A DNA stretch of 64,000 nt from the NCBI GenBank assembly GCA_950097015.1, contig CATNEN010000041.1, positions 1,240,001-1,304,000 of the forward strand, given 5' to 3'. Below the pieces are notes generated by a model, which was not told where the DNA came from, did no database searches, and saw only the letters and a program-made list of their open reading frames with translations. How positions within the stretch are numbered: the stretch's first letter is position 1; each line of letters opens with the position of its first letter. This stretch comes from Macrostomum hystrix (lineage: Eukaryota > Animalia > Platyhelminthes). Of the stretch, positions 63,301 to 64,000 are shown one piece after another. The translations under genes and the position numbers were made by a program.

Positions 63301-63886
63301 CTGATAGGTCGGTTAAAAGAGGGTCAGTCCCCGCTGAGTGACCGCTGGATTATCCTGTGTGGGGTCAGTGACCGCTGGGTTATCCTGTGTGGGGGTCAGT
63401 GACCCCTGGGTTATCCCTGGTTGGGGTCAGTGACCCCTGGGTTATCCGGTGTGGGGGGTCAGTGACCCTGGGTTATTCGTGGTTGGGGTCAGTGACCCTG
63501 GTTTATCCGTAGTTGGGGTCAGTGACCGCTGGGTTATCCGTGGTTGGGGTCAATGACCCCTGGGTTATCCGTGGATGGGGTCAGTGACCGCTGGGTTATC
63601 CGTGGTTGGGGTCAATGACCCCTGGGTTATCCGTGGATGGGGTCAGTGACCGCTGGGTTATCCGGGGGTCGGTATCCACCAACTTCAATTGTCACCTCAC
63701 CGTCCTCCTCCCCGCTGCCTGCAGGGCATCGAGCGAATTAAAGGCGAGCATCGCGGTGACGCCGAGGCGGGCGACGGCGTCGGGCACCGGTGGGGCAGGC
63801 TGGCCAGCCTGGAGCGGGTGTTCGGCAGCCCGGTGTCCTGGCGCTGGCTCAGCCCGTTCCACTCTCCCGCGGCGCGGTCTGATTAA
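60328..63886 (+). CDS. ZDHHC3: DHHC palmitoyltransferase, ZDHHC3/7-like (~341 aa); exons 60328-60738, 62295-62531, 62775-62856, 62947-63080, 63725-63886
   Basis: [53 protein letters not shown] and DTTGIE. Intron phases 0,0,1,0 are consistent. Confidence 0.92.
61040..62110. repeat. 21-bp minisatellite (GAGATTCTAAATCAGATCAGT)n in ZDHHC intron 1
   Basis: About 50 tandem copies. Confidence 0.97.
63215..63662. repeat. 31-33-bp minisatellite (GGGGTCAGTGACC..GGGTTATCCGTGGTT)n in the last ZDHHC intron
   Basis: Tandem degenerate copies. Confidence 0.9.
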
Positions 63887-64000
63887 CTCCAATTAGATTT
63901 GCTGGATGTCTGAGCTGAGCAGGTGTAAAATTCTGTGAGCCAGGCCAATTACGAGTTTGTCAGGTATAACAAAGCGAGTAAATGGGAATCTCAGAATGAA

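Overview
Eukaryotic, intron-containing, repeat-rich DNA. GC-rich exons, introns filled with private minisatellites and a divergent EGFR point to a flatworm such as Macrostomum (inference, not verified). Host genes reconstructed by hand from splice signals: 3' part of APEX2 (+), a divergent RXR-type nuclear receptor (+), an intronless POT/SLC15-like transporter (-), an orphan acidic ORF (-), an intronless EGFR-family kinase (-), a possible secreted mucin (+), two spliced orphan genes (-) and a ZDHHC3/7-like palmitoyltransferase (+). The main feature is an 18.6-kb DNA transposon (33548-52108) with 579-bp apparently identical TIRs, a 7-bp TSD (GGAAAGG) and inverted subterminal repeat arrays. It encodes an intact, intron-rich CxC-KDZ (Kyakuja-Dileera-Zisupton class) transposase and a convergent HMG-box-like accessory gene. 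The transposase gene carries a diverged duplicated exon cassette that could give either the full enzyme or a truncated non-catalytic isoform. Mariner, RTE-like, Tc1/IS630-like and SINE pieces are nested inside it. All exon boundaries and family assignments were read by eye and need RNA-seq or HMM confirmation.
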